Assembly: GCA_963674755.2 (NCBI GenBank)
Contig: CAXXVS010000002.1
Span: 992,001 to 1,056,000 of the forward strand
DNA from: Desulfobacterales bacterium
GTDB lineage: Bacteria; Desulfobacterota; Desulfobacteria; Desulfobacterales; UBA5852
DNA: 64,000 nucleotides
Reading direction: 5' to 3'
Shown: positions 9,232 to 19,628 of the stretch, one piece after another
Position numbering within the stretch: position 1 is the stretch's first letter
How the letters are laid out: each line of letters starts with the position of its first letter
Notes under the pieces: generated by a model
What the model was told of the DNA's origin: nothing
Seen by the model: only the letters and a program-made list of their open reading frames with translations
The model's database searches: none
Position numbers and translations under genes: made by a program

Positions 9232-11121
9232 CTATCGCAGCAAGCGGAGGGCCGTATCGACAATGGCTTTATCATCAACGCCGTTGATGCGGCGCAGGAG
9301 CTTCTGGGGGCCATGTTCGACGAATACATCACGAATCCCTATACGCTGCAATTTAAAACCGCTGAGGCCGGCATCGGTCAGGGCCTCCAATACCGCGCTG
9401 CCGAATCCCCCTTCCCGGGTATTTTCCTCTACCGTCAGGATATGAGGAATGCGCATGGCATACCGGGTAAGCAAATCGGTATCCAATGGTTTCACAAAAC
9501 GGGCATTGATGACGGTTGCGGAAACAGCATGCGACTGTCTGAGCGTCTGGCAGGCCCGGACAGCTTCACCAACTGCATGACCGATAGCGATAATCAAAAT
9601 GTCATCCGTTGTTTGACCTTCGCAAAGGACCTCTGCTTTGCCCATTGCGACAGGCTCGAGGGGGTCTTCGAAGGGAACGCCGGTTCCACAACCGCGTGGA
9701 TATCGCAGCGCAATCGGGCCCTGGTGCTGGATAGCCGTCAGCAACATTTTGCGCAACTCGTTTTCGTCTTTAGGTGACATTACGGTCATGTTGGGCAGAC
9801 TTCTCAAATACGACAGGTCGAACAGACCGTGATGGGTTGCGCCGTCTTCACCCACAATGCCGGCCCGGTCCAAGGCAAAAACCACCGGGAGGGCTTCGAT
9901 ACAGACATCGTGAAGAATCTGGTCATAAGCCCGTTGAAGGAAGGTCGAGTAGATGGCCACCACCGGTTTCAAGCCTTCACTGGCCAGGCCCGCGGCGAAG
10001 GTAACACCGTGCTGCTCGGCAATGCCCACATCAAAAAAACGCTGGGGAAACGCCTCGGCGAAGGCCGCCAGCCCTGTTCCCTCCGGCATGGCGGCAGTTA
10101 CGGCAACGATACGCGCGTCCTCACGGGCAAGTTCGACCATGGTATCGCCGAAAACTTTTGTATAGGTAGGGGGGGTATCCTGCGCGATCACGCATTCGCC
10201 GGTAGCCACTTCAAATTTACCGCAACCGTGAAAATGGACCGGATTGGTTTCAGCCGGGGCATAGCCTTTGCCCTTCTTGGTGATGACATGCAGAAGGACA
10301 GGCTCTTCAAGCACTTTGATATTTTGCAGTATATTGATTAAATGGTTTAACTTATGGCCATTAATCGGCCCGAAATATTCAAAATTAAAGGCTTCGAAAA
10401 GCATGCCAGGCGTAACAAAGGCCTTAAAGGATTCCTCCGAACGCTTGGCCAGTTGGTACATGTCATCACCGATGCGGGGGAGGGACTTTAGAAAATCACC
10501 GATCTCGCGTCGCATTTCCTGCAGTCTTTTGGTGGAGAACGTGCGGCTCAGAAAGGAAGAAAGGGCGCCCACGTTGTGGGAAATGGACATGTCGTTGTCG
10601 TTGAGAATGACAATCAGGTCCTTATCTTTGTGGGTATCGCCGGCCTGATTGAGCCCTTCGTAGGCCAGACCTGCCGTCATGGATCCATCCCCGATGACGG
10701 CGATGACCTTGGAGCGCTCCTGCTTGATCTGCTTCGCGGTGGTGATGCCCAGCGCCGCGGAGATCGAAGTGCTGCTGTGCCCTGTCGTAAAGGCGTCATA
10801 AGGGCTTTCACTTATCCGCGTGAAACCGGAAATACCGTTATATTGACGGATGGTTGCGAATTCATCGCGGCGGCCGGTCAACAGCTTATGGGCGTAAGCC
10901 TGATGCCCCACATCCCAGATGATTTTATCTTTGGGGGCATCAAAAACATAGTGAATGGCAATGGCCAGTTCGACGGCCCCCAGACTCGGTGCCAGATGAC
11001 CACCGTTTCTCGACACCACCTCGATAATGGTTTGTCGAATTTCCTTTGCCAGGCGATCCAGGTCTGAACGTGGGATGTGTTTCAGGTCTTCAGGGCTGTT
11101 GATGGTGTCGAGCAAACCCAA
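9232..11121 (-). CDS. dxs: 1-deoxy-D-xylulose-5-phosphate synthase
   Basis: GGHLAPSLG, WDVGHQAY, GHSSTSIS, GDGSMT, DVGIAEQH, YSTFLQRAYDQ. Confidence 0.97.
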   Translation of the reverse strand: MGLLDTINSPEDLKHIPRSDLDRLAKEIRQTIIEVVSRNGGHLAPSLGAVELAIAIHYVFDAPKDKIIWDVGHQAYAHKLLTGRRDEFATIRQYNGISGFTRISESPYDAFTTGHSSTSISAALGITTAKQIKQERSKVIAVIGDGSMTAGLAYEGLNQAGDTHKDKDLIVILNDNDMSISHNVGALSSFLSRTFSTKRLQEMRREIGDFLKSLPRIGDDMYQLAKRSEESFKAFVTPGMLFEAFNFEYFGPINGHKLNHLINILQNIKVLEEPVLLHVITKKGKGYAPAETNPVHFHGCGKFEVATGECVIAQDTPPTYTKVFGDTMVELAREDARIVAVTAAMPEGTGLAAFAEAFPQRFFDVGIAEQHGVTFAAGLASEGLKPVVAIYSTFLQRAYDQILHDVCIEALPVVFALDRAGIVGEDGATHHGLFDLSYLRSLPNMTVMSPKDENELRKMLLTAIQHQGPIALRYPRGCGTGVPFEDPLEPVAMGKAEVLCEGQTTDDILIIAIGHAVGEAVRACQTLRQSHAVSATVINARFVKPLDTDLLTRYAMRIPHILTVEENTREGGFGSAVLEALTDAGLSGFKLQRIGIRDVFVEHGPQKLLRRINGVDDKAIVDTALRLLR

Positions 11122-11136
11122 TGGATGTTGGTTCCT

Positions 11137-12066
11137 TCAGCGCCGTCTTTCGATTACATAGCGGGCAATGGCCCGCAAAGGATCCGCTTTGCTATCAAAT
11201 ATCGCAAGGTTGCGCAAGGCCTCGGCAACCAAATCGGAAGCCATGTGCCGGGCTCCTGCCAAGCCCATCAAGGCCGGATAAGTACTTTTTTGGCGAATCT
11301 GATCCGTTCCAACGGCTTTTCCCATGACAAGCGGATCGCCGGTTTCGTTTAAGATGTCGTCGGTGACCTGAAATGCCAAGCCGATGCATCGGCCGTAGAC
11401 TTCCAAACCAGTGAGAGCCCTTTTATCGGCCCCGCCAATGACGGCGCCAGTTTTGATCGACGCGGTGATCAAGGCTCCGGTTTTGAGTCCGTGGAGTTCT
11501 TCGAGTCGGTCGGCGGAAAGCGCTTGGCCTTCGGCGGCCATGTCCCGCATCTGCCCCTCGATCATACCCTCATGACCAGCTGCTTTAGCAATAATGGCCA
11601 TTGCCTGGACCCATACCGCCTGTTGATCATCCCGGCGCAAGGCATATTCAGCCAGGATCTGAAATGCAGCGGTCAAGAGCGCATCCCCCGCCAATATGGC
11701 CGTGGCCTCGCCGAAAGCCTTATGGCAAGTCGGTTTACCGCGTCTTAGATCATCATTATCCATGGCCGGCAGATCGTCATGGATAAGCGAGTAGGTGTGA
11801 ATCATTTCCAGCGCGCAACCCGCCGGCACGGCCTCCTCTTCCCTTCCTCCCACGGCATGGGCAGAGGCCAGACATAAAATGGGGCGCAAGCGTTTGCCGC
11901 CGGCGTTGATGGAATATTGCATAGCGGAAACGAGACGGGTGTTTCGGAAAGGCCTGCTGTTCAAAAAACGCTGCAAGGCCTGATCGACCAATTGACGACG
12001 CTTGGCCAGATAGGATTTCAGGTCAAAACTGTTGGAGGCGGCGTAATCGCGGGGCTGTTGAATCAT
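11137..12066 (-). CDS. ispA: farnesyl diphosphate synthase / geranyltranstransferase
   Basis: GGKRLRP, SLIHDDLPAMDNDDLRRG, KTGAL, FQVTDDIL. Confidence 0.95.
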   Translation of the reverse strand: MIQQPRDYAASNSFDLKSYLAKRRQLVDQALQRFLNSRPFRNTRLVSAMQYSINAGGKRLRPILCLASAHAVGGREEEAVPAGCALEMIHTYSLIHDDLPAMDNDDLRRGKPTCHKAFGEATAILAGDALLTAAFQILAEYALRRDDQQAVWVQAMAIIAKAAGHEGMIEGQMRDMAAEGQALSADRLEELHGLKTGALITASIKTGAVIGGADKRALTGLEVYGRCIGLAFQVTDDILNETGDPLVMGKAVGTDQIRQKSTYPALMGLAGARHMASDLVAEALRNLAIFDSKADPLRAIARYVIERRR

Positions 12067-12084
12067 CGGATCACCGATAGCGGT

Positions 12085-12324
12085 TTAGGCCTCGTCATTG
12101 CGATCAGCTTCGAAGGGCGCTTCGACATCGCCGGTTGGGCTATCGCCCAAAAGCTGGGTCACCTTTTTTTCAGTCTCATCCAACATGGCGCTGCATTGCC
12201 GGGACAGGGCCATACCTTCGTCAAACTTTTTCAGCGCTTTTTCCAGGGGCAAATCGCCGTCTTCGAGTTCATCGACAATTTTTTGCAACGCATTCATGGT
12301 CTGTTCAAATGTTTTCTTCGCCAT
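12085..12324 (-). CDS. xseB: exodeoxyribonuclease VII small subunit
   Basis: TFEQTMNALQKIVDELEDGDLPLEKALKKFDEG; position between xseA and ispA. Confidence 0.93.
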   Translation of the reverse strand: MAKKTFEQTMNALQKIVDELEDGDLPLEKALKKFDEGMALSRQCSAMLDETEKKVTQLLGDSPTGDVEAPFEADRNDEA

Positions 12325-13666
12325 GGAGGTGCTTCCCTTCAACGCGGCAGAGCAGGGCGCCCGATGCTAGCTGGATTTCGACCTGCTGGTGGATCTTGAC
12401 GGTTTTAGATGTTTTGACAATATCTCTGGACGGGATCTCACGGGTGATGCTGTAACCCCGCTGCAACACATTGGCAGGATTTAAAGCCCGCAGCCGAAGG
12501 GTTAGCTCGCGATGACTCGCTTTATTTATTAACATTCTATTCTGTATGTTATGAATTAATATATAATTTGATTGATCAAGTTTGTGACGAAACGTCTGTA
12601 GCGCGCTGCGTAAATGGATACGACGCAGCTGCAGCACAAGGCGAGACACGCTTTCTTTTTTTTCCTTAGAATACTGATTCCATGCTCGCAGCAGCCGATC
12701 TGTCTCATCATCCAGTCTCAGGCGAGCCTCTTGGACCTGACGTCGCGGATCACGGAGACGACTAAAGGTGCTTTCCAGTACAAGACGGTGACGGGCGATT
12801 GCTTCGGCTATTTCCCGTTTCAGGCGGATTTGCATTTCACGGCATTGCTGCTGCAAACGGTGTTTTTCCGGTACAACCAACTCCGCAGCCGCCGAGGGGG
12901 TGGGGGCCCGCATATCCGCAACAAAATCGGCGATGGTGAAATCGGTCTCATGACCGATTGCCGATATGATCGGAACAGATGTTTCAAAAATTACCCTGGC
13001 TAATTTCTCCGAATTAAAGGCCTGCAAGTCTTCCAGGGATCCACCGCCTCTTGCCACTATAGCGACTTCGGCGTCCGGCTGTCTGCCAAGGCATTGTAAG
13101 GCCTTGATGATCGAGGCCTCCGCATTGTCGCCTTGTACGCTTGCTGGAATAACGGTTATGGGCATATTCGGAAACCGGCGCTGAATGATCTGAATAGTGT
13201 CGTGCACCACAGCCCCGGTGGGGGATGTGATAATGTGAACCTTACGCGGCAAAACCGGCAGCCTTTGCTTGTGGACGCTATCGAACAACCCTTCACTGGC
13301 AAGTCTTGTTTTAAGTTGTTCGAAAGCCAGTTGCAGGGCACCGACGCCCTTTGGTTCGAGATGTTCGAAAATAATCTGGTAGGTTCCACGAGGTTCGTAA
13401 ACCGATAGTCGTCCTAACCCGACAACCGCCAGACCGTCAGTGATATCAAATGGCAGGCGTTTTAGCGGGCCCTTGAACATGACCGCATTAAGCTGGGCGT
13501 TTGGATCTTTGAGTGTAAAATAGCAATGGCCGGATGCGGGGACCCGCCGGTTGGAGATTTCTCCGACCACCCAGACCAAAGGGAATTCGTGTTCCAGGAT
13601 GGCCTTGATCTGGCGGGTGAGTTCGGAGACCGTATATACAGGGCGCGGCTGATCAGCGATCGACAT
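12305..13666 (-). CDS. xseA: exodeoxyribonuclease VII large subunit
   Basis: GEISN..SGHCYFTLKD, RGGGSLEDL, SAIGHETDFT, RAPTPSAAAE. Confidence 0.96.
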   Translation of the reverse strand: MSIADQPRPVYTVSELTRQIKAILEHEFPLVWVVGEISNRRVPASGHCYFTLKDPNAQLNAVMFKGPLKRLPFDITDGLAVVGLGRLSVYEPRGTYQIIFEHLEPKGVGALQLAFEQLKTRLASEGLFDSVHKQRLPVLPRKVHIITSPTGAVVHDTIQIIQRRFPNMPITVIPASVQGDNAEASIIKALQCLGRQPDAEVAIVARGGGSLEDLQAFNSEKLARVIFETSVPIISAIGHETDFTIADFVADMRAPTPSAAAELVVPEKHRLQQQCREMQIRLKREIAEAIARHRLVLESTFSRLRDPRRQVQEARLRLDDETDRLLRAWNQYSKEKKESVSRLVLQLRRIHLRSALQTFRHKLDQSNYILIHNIQNRMLINKASHRELTLRLRALNPANVLQRGYSITREIPSRDIVKTSKTVKIHQQVEIQLASGALLCRVEGKHLHGEENI

Positions 13667-13710
13667 GACCACCATATTATCCCAACGTCTGATAAGATAT
13701 ATTATGTAAA

Positions 13711-14031
13711 CTATTTGGCAGGAGGCTCAGTGTTCGACGGTCGGCCGTCGGAAAAAAGCCGATCGGCTTCGCTGAAGCGTCTCAAATGTTCGCGTACCGC
13801 CGGCAGCATATAGACATCGCCGCATGGCATTCCTCCCAAAAACGCTGAAAGAATCGTGATTTTTTTGTGCAGGCTTTTGTGCTTATCAATCAAAAAAAGC
13901 GACTTCCCCTTGACCTTGCACAATCCGCTCACGGCATTGACCCCGGTGGCACGGAAATTCTGTTCAGTAACCTCGATGCCGATTTTTTCTGCCACTTCTT
14001 TGAGTTCCTGGTACAAACGATCGGCTTTCAC
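13711..14031 (-). CDS. conserved hypothetical protein
   Basis: GAGGGG RBS before GTG at 14031; SGLCKVKG and VYMLPAVRE motifs resemble a small protein family; function unknown. Confidence 0.7.
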   Translation of the reverse strand: MKADRLYQELKEVAEKIGIEVTEQNFRATGVNAVSGLCKVKGKSLFLIDKHKSLHKKITILSAFLGGMPCGDVYMLPAVREHLRRFSEADRLFSDGRPSNTEPPAK

Positions 14032-14136
14032 GGATTTCCCCTCAATGCGCATGGCCGGCAATTGAAATCTCGTTGGGCTGTGTTATATTCTATCAGCTTT
14101 TAAGCGTTGGATAAAAACTTCAAGGAGGAAAAATTG

Positions 14137-14865
14137 ATGCAGCGTTCCGTTCCGATGCAAGGTCAAACAGCGATTACCCAAGTCAACACATTTGTCCGCA
14201 GTGTTTATAATTGGATGGGGGCCGGGTTAGCGGTTACGGGCGTGATTGCCTATCTGTTTGCCCACAATGCCAGTTTGTTTCAACTGATGTTTCAGGTCGC
14301 CGGCAATCAACTGCGTCCCACCATGCTTTTTTATGGCGCTATCATTGCCGAGCTGGTTTTGGTCTTTTCCATCAGTGCCCGGGTGCAGCGCATGCAGGCT
14401 TCAACCGCCACCGGATTGTTTCTGGCCTATGCCGCCCTTAACGGAGCCACCTTAAGTTCCATTTTCATTATTTTCACCCAGGCTTCCATTGTATCGACCT
14501 TTTTTATCTGTGCCGGCACTTTCTTAGCATGCAGTCTATACGGATGGACCACCAAGCGGGATCTCACCTCCATTGGCGGATTTATGATGATGGGACTGAT
14601 CGGTATCATTATCGCCTCGTTGGTGAACTTATTTCTACGCAGCCCGGCCGTTGCCATGGTCGTCAGCTATATCGGTGTGATCGTCTTTGTCGGTCTGACC
14701 GCTTATGATACCCAGAAATTGAAATCCATGGCGTTAGCTCAGCCCGCCGATCTTGACGCGGCGGTGGTTCGCAAGGGGTCCATTATCGGCGCCCTGACCC
14801 TCTACCTGGATTTCATCAATCTGTTTATGATGCTGCTGTATATTTTCGGCGGACGCCGCGATTAA
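14137..14865 (+). CDS. Bax inhibitor-1/YccA family membrane protein
   Basis: FVRSVYNWM, TKRDLT, TAYDTQKLK, GALTLYLDFINLF; AAGGAGG RBS. Confidence 0.93.
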   Translation: MQRSVPMQGQTAITQVNTFVRSVYNWMGAGLAVTGVIAYLFAHNASLFQLMFQVAGNQLRPTMLFYGAIIAELVLVFSISARVQRMQASTATGLFLAYAALNGATLSSIFIIFTQASIVSTFFICAGTFLACSLYGWTTKRDLTSIGGFMMMGLIGIIIASLVNLFLRSPAVAMVVSYIGVIVFVGLTAYDTQKLKSMALAQPADLDAAVVRKGSIIGALTLYLDFINLFMMLLYIFGGRRD

Positions 14866-14900
14866 GAGGCGATCAGCATCGGCAGCAAGAACAATTCCGT

Positions 14901-14943
14901 CCCCTGCCCCGGCCAAATTGGTTGGAGCAGGGGGGTTTTCGTT
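14901..14943. terminator. terminator between convergent yccA-like gene and glmM
   Basis: CCCCTGC..GGCC-AAATT-GGTT..GCAGGGG stem followed by GTTTTCGTTT. Confidence 0.7.
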
Positions 14944-14975
14944 TATTGGTTGTGGCGGTGAGCCGAGGCCGTCAT

Positions 14976-16331
14976 CTAATCACCAATAGCGTCGGCAATC
15001 GCTACGGCAATATTGTGGGCATAGCCTTCCGCTTCCGCTTGGGTGGGGCCTTCTACCATTACGCGGCAGAGTGGCTGGGTGCCTGAATAGCGAACCAGCA
15101 CACGGCCTTGGTTGCCCAGCTTCTGCTCCACTTCATCAATCGCCCTGCGGATGGATTCCATCGAATCCAGCGCCGGTTTATCAACGACCGGAACATTGAC
15201 CAAGGTCTGGGGGTACACGGTCATGAATTTTGCCATTTCGGACAAGGGGCGTTGATCGTCCTGCATCGTTTCAACCAGCTTGAGCGCGCTAAGCAGCCCG
15301 TCGCCGGTCGAGTGGTACGCTTTGTAAATAAGGTGACCGGAATCTTCGCCACCCAAAGCCGCCTCGCAGTCCGCCATTTTTTCCATGACATGGCGATCCC
15401 CTACATCACAGTGGACATGGCGGATGCCGATGGATCGCAACGCTTCCTTCAATCCGATATTGCTCATCACGGTGGAAACGATGACATCATTCCATAACTG
15501 TCCACGTCGATGAAGGAAGCGTGCGCCGATGGCCAAAAGTTGGTCGCCGGCCAATAAAGTCCCTGACTCATCAACGGCAATCAGACGGTCCCCGTCACCA
15601 TCGAAGGCCAGGCCGACGTCGGCTCCGGTCTCCACAACTTTCCGGCGGAGGTCATCCGGGTGTTCGGAACCGCATTGATGATTGATGTTGGTTCCAGTGG
15701 GCTCATGGTGCATGATCGTCAATTCTGCCCCCAACATTTCGAAAAGCATCGGGGCCACCGCCGAAGCCGCGCCATTGGCGCAGTCCAAAACCACCCGCAT
15801 ACCGGCCAAATTGAAATCAGGAGGAAGCGACTGGCGCAAAAAGGTTAGGTACCGCTGGCGGGCCCCCTTGATTAACTGAATGGCCCCCACCGGCCCGTCA
15901 CCCTCCTCACTTGGAGAAGCGGCGATTTCCTCACGCAGCAATTGTTCAACCTGGGCCTCCTCACGCTCTGAAAGCTTGAGGCCCTGTTGGTTGAACAATT
16001 TAATGCCGTTGTCTTCAAAGGGATTGTGGGAGGCCGAGATGACCACTCCGGCCGCAGCGCTTTGATGACGGGTTAGAAAAGCAACTCCCGGCGTGGGGAT
16101 GACCCGGGCCAACAACACGTTGGTGCCGGTTGAACAAATACCCGCGGAAACGGCGCTTTCCAGCATCTGGCCCGACCGACGCGTGTCCCGCCCGATAATG
16201 ATCGGCGAGCCGCCGTCAGCATCCCCATAAACGATCCCGATGGCCCGTCCGATGCGCACCGCCATCTCTGCCGTGAGTGGATATTGATTGGCCCTGCCCC
16301 TGATCCCGTCGGTTCCAAAGAATTCGCCCAT
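14976..16331 (-). CDS. glmM: phosphoglucosamine mutase
   Basis: FGTDGIRG, ISASHNP, AFDGDGDR, GGEDSGH, VRYSGT. Confidence 0.95.
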   Translation of the reverse strand: MGEFFGTDGIRGRANQYPLTAEMAVRIGRAIGIVYGDADGGSPIIIGRDTRRSGQMLESAVSAGICSTGTNVLLARVIPTPGVAFLTRHQSAAAGVVISASHNPFEDNGIKLFNQQGLKLSEREEAQVEQLLREEIAASPSEEGDGPVGAIQLIKGARQRYLTFLRQSLPPDFNLAGMRVVLDCANGAASAVAPMLFEMLGAELTIMHHEPTGTNINHQCGSEHPDDLRRKVVETGADVGLAFDGDGDRLIAVDESGTLLAGDQLLAIGARFLHRRGQLWNDVIVSTVMSNIGLKEALRSIGIRHVHCDVGDRHVMEKMADCEAALGGEDSGHLIYKAYHSTGDGLLSALKLVETMQDDQRPLSEMAKFMTVYPQTLVNVPVVDKPALDSMESIRRAIDEVEQKLGNQGRVLVRYSGTQPLCRVMVEGPTQAEAEGYAHNIAVAIADAIGD

Positions 16332-16371
16332 TGCCGCTGCTGTCTCCCATGCCGGTTTTTGGTGGTAGGAT

Positions 16372-17553
16372 TTAATCGAATGGTTTTATCAAACCGCCGC
16401 CCTCTGCCACAACGGTATCCACAATGCTTTGGAGCCACTGGGTGCCTGTCAGACGTGTATGGGAAGGAAGCGTTGGGAGGGTGTCAATGTAGCTGGTTTG
16501 TGAGGATCGATGCCGGGTCACTTCCTGAAGAAATGCATCCCTCGTTTTTAGATCACCGAACTCCCTGCCGGGTTTACGAACGCTTTCTTGGAAGCGTTCA
16601 TAATGCCCCACATAATTTTTCTGTTTCTCAAACTTTCGAATATATTCGCGCAGGCGTTTAAAACGTTCCTCCAACCCAATATCTAAGATGTTTACCAATC
16701 CCTGGAATAGGGGTTCCGGGAAACATTCGGAGACGAACAATCGACGCACATGGCAGTACCATGCGCGCAAAGCCAGCAAGTTGCCGATATAGAGAAGGTT
16801 ATTTTTGAGAATGCGGTTTGATGATCCTAAGGCACCGGACTTATAAGGAATCGTTCCCCCCTTCCCTGCCCCGCCGAAAATCAAGTGATCAGGCTTGAGC
16901 TGATCCTTGCGGACGATCGTGCCGGCCGCGCTGACCGTGCCGAAAGCGAGGCGGCAAGGCCCTACGAGGCCTCCCTGTCCCCCCAGGAATATGGGGCGTT
17001 GGTCTAGCATGACACCATGGGGCACATCGCCGATCAAGGAGGGCGTGGCCTTGTCCTGATGGGGGGTGAAATTGAAATGGATAAAGGAACTGCCCACCTC
17101 GCTGTGATCCTTGCGGGATGTTCCGCCTGCCATGAGGCAGTCACAGAAATTGATCAGGCTGCCCAATGTTACAAATGGCATAAGAATGGTTTGTTTCAAG
17201 CCCGCACAGTGGGCCGTGCTGGCCTGCTCTTCTAAGATCGTCCCCTCTCTGACATGCGATCCGTAGCCCAGGGATGCGCCTTCCAGAAATACCGCGTTTT
17301 TGAAATAGCCGCATTTCAGTTCCACGTCTGGGCCAATATAGCAATTATCGATCATGACCGGGCCTTCGGAGCCGATGCAAGCCCTCTGAGCAATATAGGT
17401 TTGCGAACCGCGCAGACGACAACCGGCATGAAGGCGAATGCCTTTACCAGACAGACGATCCGGATTGATGTCAGATCCGATTTCAACAGCGTGGGGGCAG
17501 GGTATTGCTATGCCGCGGGACAATAAATCTTTAACATTTTGAGGTATGGACAT
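16372..17553 (-). CDS. GlmU-related left-handed beta-helix protein (acetyltransferase half only)
   Basis: begins like the GlmU C-terminal domain (LLSRGIAIPCP..VEIGSD), hexapeptide-like repeats, HVREGTIL; no LAAG.G.RM nucleotidyltransferase motif; co-oriented with glmM. Confidence 0.6.
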   Translation of the reverse strand: MSIPQNVKDLLSRGIAIPCPHAVEIGSDINPDRLSGKGIRLHAGCRLRGSQTYIAQRACIGSEGPVMIDNCYIGPDVELKCGYFKNAVFLEGASLGYGSHVREGTILEEQASTAHCAGLKQTILMPFVTLGSLINFCDCLMAGGTSRKDHSEVGSSFIHFNFTPHQDKATPSLIGDVPHGVMLDQRPIFLGGQGGLVGPCRLAFGTVSAAGTIVRKDQLKPDHLIFGGAGKGGTIPYKSGALGSSNRILKNNLLYIGNLLALRAWYCHVRRLFVSECFPEPLFQGLVNILDIGLEERFKRLREYIRKFEKQKNYVGHYERFQESVRKPGREFGDLKTRDAFLQEVTRHRSSQTSYIDTLPTLPSHTRLTGTQWLQSIVDTVVAEGGGLIKPFD

Positions 17554-17700
17554 TCAGACTCCGGGAAATCATTCGCATCAGGAAAGATAGCAATTTAACC
17601 TCGATTTTGGTCATTCGGTTTGGTGATTCCGCCGGTTTTCAAAATATAGATAACATTAATTCCCTTTACGGAATCGGGGGTGCTTTTCGTATTGGTTTTG

Positions 17701-19623
17701 TCAGTTAACCGTTTCGGCCGATTGTGGGTGATAATCCGGAAGAATCTGCAGCAAGGTCTGGCGAATACCAGCGGGATCTTGGGCCTTGGCCAGTCCGTAT
17801 AGGCTGTCAATATTTTCCTTTAAGGTCGTCAGATCGCAGGTGGTTCCCTCCAGTACAAGGATCTTATTATGGGGCGTCGGCAATACGCCCTCCCCTTCCG
17901 TAACCAACTCTTCATATAGCTTTTCACCAGGTCTGAGCCCGATATAGTCAATTTTGATGTCCACATCCGGCTCAAACCCGGATAGACGGATCAGATCGCG
18001 GGCCATATCGTCAATTTTGATGGGGATCCCCATATCTAATATATAAATTTCATTGCCATTCCCCATGGCACCGGCTTGAAGAATCAATTGGCAAGCTTCC
18101 GGAATCGTCATGAAAAACCGAGTGACCTCCTTGTGGGTCACTGTGACCGGCCCCCCTTGGGCAATCTGCTTTTTAAACAGGGGAATTACGCTGCCCACAC
18201 TGCCGAACACATTTCCGAAACGAACGATCATGAATTTAGTCTTGATACCGGGTCCATTTTGGCATTGAACCAAGAGTTCCGCAATTCGCTTGCTGGCGCC
18301 CATCACATTGGTGGGACGAACGGCTTTGTCGGTGGAGACAAAAACGAAACGCTCAGCCTTATATTCGCGCGTTATGCTGACGATCCGGGAAGTCCCGATA
18401 ACGTTGTTTTCAATGGCTCGCCAGGGCTGGAGCTCAAGCATTGGGACGTGCTTGTATGCAGCGGCATGAAAAACGGTTTGGGGACGAAAGCGATGAAAGA
18501 CATTGCGCAATTGATCCTCATCGAGAATATCCCCCAATACGGTGTGATAGATGATCTCGGGATGGAGTCTTTTGAGTTCCAATTCGATTTCATACAGAGG
18601 GCTCTCCGCCCTTTCGAAAAGAATCAAACTCTTCGGCCGGAATCTTGAAACTTGACGGCACAATTCCGATCCGATGGAACCACCGGCCCCGGTTACCAGA
18701 ATAGTTTCATCGTGCAGGTAGGCACCAATCCGATTTTCCTCCAAATGGATCGTTTCCCGGCGCATCAGATCGCGGTAGGCCACCTCGCGGATGGAACTAA
18801 TGGTTACCCGTCCGTCAATAAGTTCACCATAACCGGGTATCGTTTTGAACGGCAATCCGGTTTGTTTACAGGTAGCGACAATTTGCCGCATGACGCCTGA
18901 AGTGGCTGAGGGAATGGCGATAAGGAGTTCCTGTATCTTGAGGCGTTTGATGACCGTGTCGATTTCTTTCAGATCCCCGAGAATCGGGATGCCGTGAATT
19001 TTAAGACCTCGCTTGGCAGGGTTATCATCGATGAATCCGGCGATCTGATAGCGGAGCGAGGCATTGTTTTTTATTTCGCGATAGATTTTTTCGCCGCAAT
19101 TGCCGGCACCGATAATGAGAAGTTTTTTCTGACCGGATTGTTCTTTATGCAACAAATGCATAAATCCCATTGATACGCGACCGGTTTCGTTGTCCTCAAA
19201 AGAGTCATATAACAATCGTACCGTCAGTCGGAATAGGGAAACGAGGAAAATCGTAAAGCACCAATCGATAATGAACACCGACCGCGAAAAACCTTGGAAA
19301 CTTGAACTGCTATGAAAACGCGTGCTGTAGAGTACGATCGTAATGATCGTCAGGGAGCTCAAGCTGGAAGCTTTTATGATATTAAATAGATCGGCAAGCC
19401 CGGTATAGCGCCACATGCCCCGATAAAGATCGAACCAGTAGAAGAGGACCAATTTAATGGCGATGACAACTGGGAGGATCCGCCAGAAGGCGGATTGAAA
19501 ATAGGGCGGAATATTGAAATCGAAACGAACCAGATGCGCACTGTAAAGCGAGGCTGAAAAAAGCAGAACATCGACCGCCATCACGATGACGAGATTGCGA
19601 TATAGAAAGAATGGTCTTTTCAT
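17701..19623 (-). CDS. membrane-bound UDP-GlcNAc 4,6-dehydratase (CapD/PglF/WbpM family)
   Basis: N-terminal TMs with YRGMWRY, GAGNCG, VTGAGGSIGSELCRQ, HAAAYKHVP, STDKAVRPTNVMGASK, GLRPGEKLYEEL; start moved to MKRPFF. Confidence 0.95.
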   Translation of the reverse strand: MKRPFFLYRNLVIVMAVDVLLFSASLYSAHLVRFDFNIPPYFQSAFWRILPVVIAIKLVLFYWFDLYRGMWRYTGLADLFNIIKASSLSSLTIITIVLYSTRFHSSSSFQGFSRSVFIIDWCFTIFLVSLFRLTVRLLYDSFEDNETGRVSMGFMHLLHKEQSGQKKLLIIGAGNCGEKIYREIKNNASLRYQIAGFIDDNPAKRGLKIHGIPILGDLKEIDTVIKRLKIQELLIAIPSATSGVMRQIVATCKQTGLPFKTIPGYGELIDGRVTISSIREVAYRDLMRRETIHLEENRIGAYLHDETILVTGAGGSIGSELCRQVSRFRPKSLILFERAESPLYEIELELKRLHPEIIYHTVLGDILDEDQLRNVFHRFRPQTVFHAAAYKHVPMLELQPWRAIENNVIGTSRIVSITREYKAERFVFVSTDKAVRPTNVMGASKRIAELLVQCQNGPGIKTKFMIVRFGNVFGSVGSVIPLFKKQIAQGGPVTVTHKEVTRFFMTIPEACQLILQAGAMGNGNEIYILDMGIPIKIDDMARDLIRLSGFEPDVDIKIDYIGLRPGEKLYEELVTEGEGVLPTPHNKILVLEGTTCDLTTLKENIDSLYGLAKAQDPAGIRQTLLQILPDYHPQSAETVN

Positions 19624-19628
19624 AGCGG

